From Priapulus caudatus (lineage: Eukaryota), in NCBI RefSeq assembly GCF_000485595.1, contig NW_014577067.1, positions 900,553 to 958,019 of the forward strand: 57,467 nucleotides of DNA, read 5' to 3'. Within the stretch, counting starts at the first letter, position 1; each line of letters starts with the position of its first letter. The position numbers and the translations under genes were made by a program. Below, piece after piece: positions 27,201-38,200 of this stretch. Below the pieces are notes generated by a model. The model was not told the DNA's origin, did no database searches, and saw nothing but the letters and a program-made list of their open reading frames with translations.

Positions 27201-30200
27201 CTCGCGGTGAAGCCGCGCCTCAACAGCGAATACGCCGCCCCCTTTTTGTCCACTTAGACAGATACCTTAGCAGAGGTCCCAAGTTGGGAAAGTCCAAGAA
27301 AGGGAGCCAGCAATCCAAGAAAGGGAGCCAGCATTGGCCCAACAATCCAAGAAAGGGAGCCAGGTCCATCGCCGTTTTTTCGCAGTGCGCAAAAACAGGA
27401 AAAAACTTGTGGCGGGCTGCGATATGTGTTTATCGCGGCACACCACCATTTTTTATAAAGTATACATGTAAAATCATCGTTTTATCGCCTTTTATTGTTC
27501 GCTGGAATCAAAGTACATCAACAAGAACGGCAAATTTAGTAATTTACTGATTTACTGATGTAAATTTTTAAATCTTATATGCTAGAAACATGTGTGACAA
27601 CCGCGAGCTTCTGACCTCAATTCCGGGCTCCGGAAGCAGCGATGTCGATACCGGGAGTCTCGCGTGAGACCGGGAAGACTTGGGACGTCTCCTTTAGAGC
27701 AGGTGTTTCTGAAAACGAACTCCGCGAAAACTGGGCCGCAATCCAACCGAACAGTTTGCGATGCATCGGCAGGAGGCCATCTCCAAACGGCCCTAAACTT
27801 TTTTTAGGTGGCTGGCGCTCATGCTAAGACGTAGTTGACTCCTACAAGAAACCTCAAGAAATGCTTGCATCAGCGATGACGCGCTTGCTCATTGGCCGCT
27901 ACGCGATGACGTGCAGCTACTGCCGAGTATAGCGTTATGTTCTATCACAGAGCTTTAACGAAGGTGTAGTACGGCGCTCCAAGTGCGGGGGGCAGCGGTC
28001 CTAGATTGCTATCTCCAAAAAGCGGCGCCGCCGTGGTGGCGCCTGAACTGCGACGTGCCAGCGTTTCGAGCCAACTCACTGACCCGGCGCTGCCCGGTGG
28101 CGACTCGGCACGTCGTGGCGAGCAACCTGGCTGGGCGTGGCGGCGTGNNNNNNNNNNNNNNNNNNNNNNNNNNNNNNNNNNNNNNNNNNNNNNNNNNNNN
28201 NNNNNNNNNNNNNNNNNNNNNNNNNNNNNNNNNNNNNNNNNNNNNNNNNNNNNNNNNNNNNNNNNNNNNNNNNNNNNNNNNNNNNNNNNNNNNNNNNNNN
28301 NNNNNNNNNNNNNNNNNNNNNNNNNNNNNNNNNNNNNNNNNNNNNNNNNNNNNNNNNNNNNNNNNNNNNNNNNNNNNNNNNNNNNNNNNNNNNNNNNNNN
28401 NNNNNNNNNNNNNNNNNNNNNNNNNNNNNNNNNNNNNNNNNNNNNNNNNNNNNNNNNNNNNNNNNNNNNNNNNNNNNNNNNNNNNNNNNNNNNNNNNNNN
28501 NNNNNNNNNNNNNNNNNNNNNNNNNNNNNNNNNNNNNNNNNNNNNNNNNNNNNNNNNNNNNNNNNNNNNNNNNNNNNNNNNNNNNNNNNNNNNNNNNNNN
28601 NNNNNNNNNNNNNNNNNNNNNNNNNNNNNNNNNNNNNNNNNNNNNNNNNNNNNNNNNNNNNNNNNNNNNNNNNNNNNNNNNNNNNNNNNNNNNNNNNNNN
28701 NNNNNNNNNNNNNNNNNNNNNNNNNNNNNNNNNNNNNNNNNNNNNNNNNNNNNNNNNNNNNNNNNNNNNNNNNNNNNNNNNNNNNNNNNNNNNNNNNNNN
28801 NNNNNNNNNNNNNNNNNNNNNNNNNNNNNNNNNNNNNNNNNNNNNNNNNNNNNNNNNNNNNNNNNNNNNNNNNNNNNNNNNNNNNNNNNNNNNNNNNNNN
28901 NNNNNNNNNNNNNNNNNNNNNNNNNNNNNNNNNNNNNNNNNNNNNNNNNNNNNNNNNNNNNNNNNNNNNNNNNNNNNNNNNNNNNNNNNNNNNNNNNNNN
29001 NNNATTCTCACACTGTAACGCGAGACGCGAGAGTCGTGGCAAGCGTGGCAAGCATTTCAAACAAGAGAACAAATGCCATTTGCGAGGATTTTTCGTTCTC
29101 GTAACATTACGATGTTTCTGTCAACGGTTTACGAGTGGAAGTTAATGGTAAGACTAATGTTGCAACTAATTTTGTTTCTGACAACGGCCCCCTGGTCCCT
29201 GCTAGCTGCTGCAACGCGGCTCTGGAGCAGCAAAGCAGCAGCAGCAGGAAATGCCCTCCCCCAAGGCCGCCGTAGTCAAGCCGGTGTACGTCTCACGAAA
29301 ACTGTGCGATGTTACGCTTCCCGCTATACGGATTCGCGCGCCCGCCCTCCTTCGGCGCGCGAATTCGTATAGCGGGCAGCGCGAGATGCTACATACAACA
29401 CCCGCGGTCGCGTGCGCCCAGTCCCGCGGAAGTGCGCGGCTTAACCGCTCTCGGCGGTCGGGGAATAACGCATCTTTTGCGCAACGCCATCTTGTACCCC
29501 GTCTCTCTGGACTCGTTAGTGGAGTAGGCGAGGTACGGTCCGGCATATTAGATAGTACCAGTGTACGTTCCGGTATACCGGACCGTACCCAGGGTACGTT
29601 CTGGCAGTACCCTGGGGGACATAGACCCTCTCAGCGTCACTGACACTGTTTTTGTCATCCATCAGGCATCACTGATCATGGCATGCGATGAATATCTTCC
29701 TCGTGTTTGATATCTGCAGCCATTGTTTACAATATTGAATAATTATGCATTCATTTAGCACTCTGTCTATCTCTTCGTGTCGTCAACAATACACTATTGT
29801 ATTATAGCGACTGACTGTATTCTAAATAAATGATGGTATTTGACAAATGTAAAATCTCCCAGCAAAGTCGCCATACCAAACTTAACCCAAATATCTATGG
29901 ATGAGTTTGTTTTTGATCAGTCTGATTGTGATTGCTTGCTCCTATTCCCTTTAAGAATGCAGATGTTTCTCAGATGGTTGACCTGTCAGTTGTGTCACTT
30001 GTCCTTATCGCAGGATAGTTCATAACTAGCAGCGGGTGATGATAAAGGATTATTAGGATTTTCCATGCTACCGTATTAGATCTGCTAAAATCCATCTTCG
30101 CCAGCAGAGTCAATAATTAATGTTGATACAATCGTATAAGAAACAAACGTGCATAATGTGTTGATGCGTGTGATTGTAAACAGCGATCCATCCAAATAAC

Positions 30201-32574
30201 GCACCCTAACCTAACACTCTACCACTACGGTTGCCTATGAAATTGACTGTGTTTTCCTACATGGTTACCTTTTTGGTTGGATCCCACATTTAACTTAAAC
30301 TCTTGACTGTAGTCATGGCAACATTAGTATGGATGTTATTCAGCGCGATAGGCACAGCAAATTTTTAAGGGGAGGAGAGGGCAAATTTTCCAAGAAATAG
30401 CTCACATGTAAGATAGAGTTATGCTGAAGGGATAATTGTGTTTTTGTAATTGTCATTTTGTTCCATTATTTTCTATTTTGCTCCAAAATCTAAGGGGACA
30501 CCTGCCCTCTTTCCCCCAGAGGCTACAACTATGATAAACCTTTTCCCCACAGAAAGTAGAAGATCACAGGAAGAAGTGGGACAAAGATCACTATGAATCC
30601 CTTGCAAAGGAGCGGATCGAAGAGGAGCAAAGAATGGCTCTCGGCATTCAGTCAAAGGAGATGCCTGTCAAGAGGGAGTTGCTAAAGCAGCGAGACTATA
30701 AAGTAATTATTAATCTGTTTAATTAGTTAATTATATGTAGTTATAATAGATATTATGATGTTAATTATTGATATATAGGGAGTAATCCAGAAGAGACCAT
30801 CTTGTCCCAGTATGTGAAGTCGTGTGACAAGGTACAATTTAGTAAAAGATGTATCAATATCAAAAACGTACAATTTTATGTCAGTATAAGAAATCTGGTC
30901 AAAAATATATATCCTCCACTTCAGATATGGTTGTTTGTGTATGATAATTCCATCCCTAGCAATCAGTTCAAATATAAATATGTAGGTGTATTTTCTTATT
31001 ATTGTAGAAAGGCTTTTGCCTCTACCCTTATGTGTGTAGGCGGAGGCTCCACTTGCCTTGTGTGGGTTGTGGTTGACGATTAAGACGAATGACTCAACTG
31101 ATGTTTACGAGTCTGACATTATTCTACCACACAAATGCAAATACGAGTTTCAAGTTAGATTATGTACCATGTCATTTCATGATCTTAAAAACAAATTTAA
31201 CCAATCTAGACCTACTTTTACAAGGTTTTCGTATATATTCTCATACTATCATCTAGGTTGATCTTGAGTCTAAACTTGGAAAAAGTCAAGTTATTACAAA
31301 GACAACACCAGCAGCATGTCAGGGCGGGTAAGGCATCTCTCTAGTCATACACAAATTTCCAATTTCATAGCAGTTATGCTTCAATGTGCTTAATTTTTGT
31401 GTTGTTATTTATTAGTTTCTGCAGAGCTTACTGTTTTATATTACAGTATTTGAAACAAAATGTTATAAACAATCATGCAAAACGTGTAGCAAAGCTAGAG
31501 TTGACAAAGATAATATCATTGACTGTGGTTTTCATTATCAGTATTGTAAGCTCATGTAGTGTAAGCTTGTAAAAATTATTATTTAATGTTGTTTTTAGGT
31601 GAAAGTTGCAAAACATCTATCTGATTGTATTCCACACTTGTTTTAGGTATTACTGCAATGTCTGTGACTGCATAGTGAAAGATTCCATAAACTTCCTTGA
31701 CCACATCAATGGAAAAAAACGTATGTACAAGAAATTTATTACCAGCTAAAACACAGCAGATGTGTATATATATATATATCAGGAGCTAATAATGACAAAA
31801 ATTTGTCATTATTAGCTCCTGATATATATGTATATATTAACAATTATTATAATAATTAACACGACCTCTGCCGAGCTATGGGTTGGTGCAGGAATAATCA
31901 TACAAAAAACATGAAACACATGGCCTGTGGAAAAAAAGGAAAAAAACTACAGTACATGGTACTTCAGTGTTCATTTGGTTAATATTCAATGTTCAGATTG
32001 TTCGGTTTATTTCACAGATCAGCGTAATCTGGGCATGTCAATGAAAGTAGAGCGATCAACTCTTGATCAGGTGAAGAAACGATTTGAGTTGAACAAGAAG
32101 AAAATGGAAGAGAAAAAGAAGGACTACGATTTCGAGCAGCGAATACAGGAACTGCGTGAAGAAGTGAGTAGTCTGTCGTGGAGAAAATAACAGCACTGGG
32201 GCATGGATGACATTTATTGCTGCCTAAATAATTTTTTTTTCATAATTCAATAATACAAGTGGGTTTGCATGATTAAATAAACACATTCGGTTGATAGAAG
32301 ATATAGGAATGGTAATCAACTAGTTGCCTTTCTATTTAAAACTGTAAGGTACCATCTGTTCTCCGTAAAAAATGTACGAATGGTATTTTATTCGATTTAC
32401 CTGGTAATTTTTACTTCAAACTGCGCAACATTCTAGGAGGAGAAACAGAAGCAGTACAAGAGGGAGAAGAGAAAAGATCGAAAGAGAAAGGCGGACGATT
32501 CGATTGAGCAAAGCCTCGATCCGGACATGGCTTCTTTAATGGGATTCTCTGGATTTGGAACAACAAAGAAATAA
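24231..32574 (+). CDS. ZMAT2: Zinc finger matrin-type protein 2 (Snu23, spliceosomal B-complex protein), 198 aa
   Basis: Exons 24231-24248 (MAASTN, least certain), 30553-30702, 31257-31327, 31647-31720, 32018-32163, 32437-32574; total 597 nt, all phases compatible. Contains [63 protein letters not shown] and MGFSGFG. Confidence 0.96.
24475..24826. mobile_element. Two inverted copies of a small element carrying (TTAGGG)n/(CCCTAA)n
   Basis: 24475-24643 and 24716-24826 share the terminus cggcccaaggatagagaacatgggtcctaataaaaccaatgt, adjacent to TA. Confidence 0.7.
24881..25370. mobile_element. Kolobok-like TTAA MITE, copy 3 (opposite orientation to copy 1)
   Basis: TTAA 24877-24880 and 25371-25374; long TIRs. 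Confidence 0.88.
25371..25564. repeat. Near-perfect palindrome, 83-bp arms and 28-bp loop
   Basis: 25371-25453 pairs with 25482-25564. Confidence 0.92.
25573..26995. mobile_element. 1.4-kb non-autonomous PIF/Harbinger-like element
   Basis: ~34-bp TIRs ggccatgagaattgaggtatgagtttaccgtcca; TTA on both flanks. Internal ~40-bp tandem/inverted repeats at ~25790-25937. Confidence 0.8.
27087..29629. mobile_element. CCCTAA-carrying MITE (family of 41959 and 54696) split by a ~2.3-kb CpG-rich insertion
   Basis: Halves 27087-27164 and 29507-29629 rejoin to the reverse complement of the 41959-42223 element. Confidence 0.65.
28148..29003. other. Assembly gap (N run)
   Basis: Run of N. Confidence 0.99.
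31772..31829. repeat. Short palindrome in ZMAT2 intron 4
   Basis: atatatatcaggagctaataatgacaaa / tttgtcattattagctcctgatatatat. Confidence 0.85.
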
Positions 32575-32659
32575 AGTGGCTGCGATGGTGTTTATCTCAT
32601 AATTCACACTGATTTTACGTGTAGTGAGTAAAGGGGTTCAGCAGTGAAACTACACCATC

Positions 32660-32976
32660 CAGTGGCGTATCCAGATATGGACGAACAGGGCAGCAAAATG
32701 TACCTGGGCTGCCGAAGGCAACCCCGCGTGCTGGGGGCACGGCAGCGCTAGGCGGGTCTGGGGGCATGCTCCCCCTGGAAATTTTGAAATATTTAAGCCA
32801 TTTTCCTGCCATCTGAGGCATACTGTGGGTCATATTCTGATGTCTGATGACACTATCTCAATCCTAGACTCAACACTACAATTTAGGATTTGAAACACTT
32901 CATTATTTATTTTTTCTGGGCCTGCAAACGGGGGGGGGGCGTACGCCGGCTCCGCCCTATGCTGGATACGCCACAG
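32660..32976. mobile_element. MITE with 15-bp TIRs and 5-bp TSD (hAT5-like), in the probable ZMAT2 3' UTR
   Basis: cagtggcgtatccag...ctggatacgccacag flanked by CCATC at 32655-32659 and 32977-32981. Confidence 0.8.
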
Positions 32977-35288
32977 CCATCTATTCACTTTGTTTTGAGC
33001 ATAGAGCTGCTGAATGCATTGATCAATAATGTACAGGTAGATTACGTTTTGAAGTGAAATGTTGCTGGTACATTAAATTATTGCGAGAGTCCTCTAAGCT
33101 CGAGAGTGAGATAGTCTGAGATTGTACGAAATGTATAGAATACACGCTGGCACAGTATTCTTATTGTTTATGCTTGTTTAGTTCGATAACGGATGAAAGA
33201 GAATGTATCTATGTTATATCCATGGCTAGATGGGTTCTATACGAAAGGGAGCTGTCAAAATTCTAACTACGTCAGGTGATTAGTTAACCCAGCAGAGTGA
33301 AAGTTGAAGTCTTGTAGTGTGGTTATGTGTGTACAGGCAAACTTTTATGTTGTACAGTTAGGCACTGAGAACCAGGTCCTGATTTTGTGATGTCGTGCTC
33401 ATTCCACATGAAATTCACATGTAGGTGATATTTCTATAATTGTTTCTCATGCATGACACCACTGAGCTGGAGATTATACTCATTACACGGAGCAAACTTG
33501 GGTCTAGTAACAACGGGCGCATTTGCAGAAACAAAATTAGCCTTAGCATGAACTTTTTCTCGTAGATGGGATCTGTACACATTGCGTATGAGACAATCGT
33601 AAATTCACCATGTTTCTATCAATAGTCTATGAGAAAGATTCAATGTTAAGACCAATGTGGTGTCATTCCACAGTCGACAAAGATTCTGGCGCTGGTGTCA
33701 GGATTCGCTGTGTCAATGGGCACTGTAGTGGAATAGTCGTCATAGTTGGTCTGTAATTATAGATCCAATGTTTACGTGATATGATGAGTAACGAAGGAAA
33801 GCTTCAACGATCGACAACCGTTCAACGTGCTCCCATGTGGCCATTATCACTAAGTCAATCTACTCCGTGTACTTCACTTTATTTCATATCAGTCACTGCT
33901 GTATTATTACAATAGTCGCATTGGATTGTCGGAAATACTTAATTCAGACGTTTCACACCAACAAGATGTATCACAGAATTCCTGGGTTTATGCAATAAGA
34001 CTACTGCTAAATTTCGTACAATATAAACATTTTCTGGCACATGCAATTTCATTTAGAAGACAACTAATGTGTACAGTGTGTGTTGATTTTATAAGCAAGG
34101 TAGATAGATAGGTTTATAATAATATTCAATAAAAAATTAATGTACACTAAGCAATTTTGCTGTGCATTAGGTAAAAAAAGGGTATTGTTAAATATTATGC
34201 TGTTCTACTTCATTATAACAAATTGGTACAGCTTGATTGCTAGAGATAAAAAAAAATAATTCAAACAAATCAGAAATCCATAAGAAGCACAGTAAAGTAT
34301 AATAGAATAATAATCACCAGTATATTGCCTAAGGCAACATAATTGAATATGCAAAGTGAAATGCTATGCCATAACAATTTCTTGTTACTAAAGCTAAACT
34401 AGTATACAACATATAAGTGAACAACGAGTCATAGTGCTACAAAATAATGGTCTTGGGAAGACACGCGTAAATTTAATTTGTACGATTAGGGCATTCGTAA
34501 TATATACTATAACTAACAGTACAAACAACTTTGACTACATGGTTATTTTGCAAATATGGTTGATAATGAACTGATGTAACTCATGACAGACGGTATTACA
34601 CAGGAAAAGATGCTACAATCTAAATCATTCCTGGTTACCAACTTGGATCAGTGATCGAAAATGAATAGGTGCTTTTTAGATCCTAAATAATATTTAAAAT
34701 TTTAGTATTTTCAGACCTCTGTACTAACATTCATTAGTGGTTGCAGATGGTTTGTGTAAGAGCTTCTTCATTAAATTGTGCTCACGAGGTTACCAAACGA
34801 ACAGCCCCCTCTGGTGGTAGCTAATAAGACTATGATCTGACTGGCCCACATATAGGCTGAAACACACACTCATGCCAAGTTTGGCAATGCTGTCTTAATA
34901 ATTGCGATTTGCATTGGACCATCCATTCATCGATCATCCTGGACATGTACGAAAAGTGCTAAGATTCATACTATATTATAATAATCTATGATACTATACA
35001 ACATCGATACAAGTTGACACGTCTCATGACAGTAATGCACACATGACTCCTGCTAACACTTTCACACAGCCTAGAAATATTCCAAATGGCATTCACTGGT
35101 TCAGATAGTTAGAAACACAAGCGAATGCAACTGGACTTTACAACTCACGTGTATCCCTTGCAAATAACACTTCAGTTAAGCCATAGATCGGTGGTCCATG
35201 GAGGACCATTGACAACAAATGGAAACGATTCGTTTGAATAACAGCCATTTGTTTGCCTATTGTAATGCAGCTTTCACATTTCCTTGAC

Positions 35289-38200
35289 CTATATCCACGT
35301 ATCGTGCCCATCCTCTGCCCGTTTCTTTGTCGGTTGTGTGCTTAACACCCTAAAGAGAATGATACACAATTCATTACTAAAGATATCTCGGTCTATGTAA
35401 TCTTATTCAATTTTGAAGATCCATTGCTTTTCATTCATACATTACTGGCAATCCAATAATCTTCCTATGAATTTAGAAGATATTTGAATTATATTTATAA
35501 TTAATTATTATCTATAAAGATTTTTGCATGTAATAGCACTTTAAGTACTTCCAAATAGACAAAAGATGCCTTAATTTTAGGCAATACGTACTGTCGTCGC
35601 TTGTAACCACGGGTTTTGTAGACTGCTTTGTCATCTGGTAGGTCAAACATATCCTCAATGCGCATCTCTTTGTTAGGATTACTCATCCTCTGTTGCTGTT
35701 GTTGTTGCTGCTGCTGCTGCTTCTTCTTCTGCTGCTGCTGCTGCTGACAATGATCATGATGAAAACAATGAAAATAAGAGCAATCGGAGATAGCAAACCT
35801 CCGCCACAGCGTAACAGTCCCCCCATCTTGCTGGTACACCCAATACTTTGATGACATTTTCAGAAATTAGAAAAAAAGAGATCCAGGATTTTTTTTAATG
35901 AATTTTTAATGCATCCGAAGTCTTCCCCACAAAAAAATCCTGGATCCGGATCACCACCAAAATCTAATCGATTGGTTAAAACCGTCCAAAAAATATCATC
36001 AAAATCTGTCTGTAACTTTTTGAGATATCCTGTTGACAGACAAACAAACCAACAAACAAATGAACAAGGGTAAACACATAACCTCCTTGGCGGAGGTCAT
36101 AAAATATAACCATATAGTATAGTGATGGTGGAAATAGACATTATGATAAAGAATGCAATAAAATTATGAAAAACAAAAACAATATGCATAACCGATAGCT
36201 TTGACTTGGAATCACTTCACAAGTAAACCAAGCAGAATAAGGAAAAGTGTGAGCCTGTACTGAAATACTAAAAAACTCATTCTCTCTAAATTAACAAGTG
36301 CCGCAGAGCGACAGCGCTCACCTGACGGCAGGTGTTCTGATGCTAAACTCACTGGCAAACGAATGAAGAACACCCTCCCATCACCGCGTTCGCGCTCAGA
36401 GCCTCTCTCGATACTACTAATACAGATCTAAAATCTATGATAGCTAGGCTTTGCTATACCGGTAGTACAGTAATAAAGATACAGCTGTGTAACTTTAATG
36501 ACTTTGATATATTAACATGTTATCATGGATATGCGTCAAGCGCGACCGTAGTGGTGGTGGTGGGGGGGAGAGGGCGGGTGGAGGAGGCTCTAATAGCAAA
36601 AGCAGTTGCCGCGAGATGGCGCGTGCAAGTGTCATCAATAATCAAAGATGGCATCACCCTTCGTGCGTGATAACCTCACTCCATTGAGTTGCTAAAATCC
36701 AAGTATATTCAGGCAGGCGAGAATTTCGCTCAGCTGTAAGTTAACACATCTGCATTGCAGGTTGCCAGGCAATAATTATGATTAGAATAGTGCCAGTTCA
36801 CCCCCATGCATGCGTAATGGGTTGCCCCCAATGTTTTTGCCTACCCACGCGAGCATTCAGGGTTCATTACAGTGTGCTAATACAGACTGCTACTCAGGAT
36901 GCTAATACAGACTGCTTTAGAAAATAATATGATTTAAGGAGCGCAAACCTTGTTAAACAAACATTTGCCTTCGCAATTGAACTGTAGCCTCACATCCACA
37001 ATAGCAAAAGCAGTTCAGTCCTTTGTTAACAGTCAACAAATCCATGTTTAACCCTCCTCTTGAGGGTCAAAAGGTTATCCGACACTTATTCTTTGCATGT
37101 CAGCAGAAAGTACATTTCATGGTCCTTTCAATAAAGCCATAAAAATGCTAGGTCACCGCTGAAACAAAAAAGTTTTTCAATCACTCCGTCAGACCATGTC
37201 TTCAGAAAATGTCTAAAATTTGCCCTGTGCCCGATTGACCTTTGACCTGTGACCTCCAATTTCGGCACAGTAATGGCTTTTCCTACCATGGTGCTATACA
37301 CCGACTATCACGAGCCTAGGTCGAGCCGTTTAGATTTGTGCCGCAATTCTGCATTTCCTCCCTATACCTTAAGTTAAGGAGGGAATGTTCCCTTCTTTTA
37401 CACTGCTTGACCTTTGACCTTTGACCCCCCAGTTTCGACGCACGCACGGATGATCCTGCGATTCTACAAGCTGCATCTGACTTCGTCAGATGAGCTAAAA
37501 ATAGTGACTAGAAAGAAATTTGAGTAAGCAGCATTACCAATTCACAGAAAAAAAATCTGCTCTGCCATAAAAATGTGTAGCTCCAAGAAATGTTCATGTG
37601 TGCACAACCATGTCATGTATATAGACGGTAGTTTAGTCGTACCGCCACCTTACGTACACAACACGTGCATACCTTAACTATTGTGTGGGTCACTTCTCGC
37701 TTTGAAGGCTTTGATCTTCTGGTCAGGGCTGACTTGGCAGTCACAGATTTCTTTTGTGGGCCATTTGTCTTGGTATGTTCAGGCTCTGGCGGTGAGAGTG
37801 TTGGCACAGTGCCAATGCAGCTAAGATGATCCCCATCGATCATTTCATCTGTTAGCTGCACAAGATACTCATCTGAATTCTATAAGAAAGAAAGAAAATT
37901 ACGAGGGGACGATGTTTCGCAGTGAAGTATAAACTGATGACGTCATATCTAATCAGGTGCACACACGTGTGCGTGTGTGTGTGCGCGCGCACGTGCACGT
38001 GCAAATATCTGGATGCTTCTAATGGCAAGTTTCTCAGATGCACCTAGATATTAGGAATTTAGCTGGGTTTATCTTACGTTGACTAACACAAAGCAGACGG
38101 CAATTGATAGTTAGGGCGCATACAATATACATTATTATAGTTGTGTCGGTCGTGACTCGTGTACGAGTACTCACTGAACTTGCGTGGCTAAGATTGGGCG

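Noticed and set aside
27945..29145. Long ORFs of 293-379 aa in the track (also 17045-17746)
   Set aside because: They are produced by translating N gaps.
30316..30327. Alternative ZMAT2 first exon (ATGGCAACATTA|GTATGG)
   Set aside because: Phase-compatible but without promoter-like context. 24231-24248 fits better, though it is not proven.
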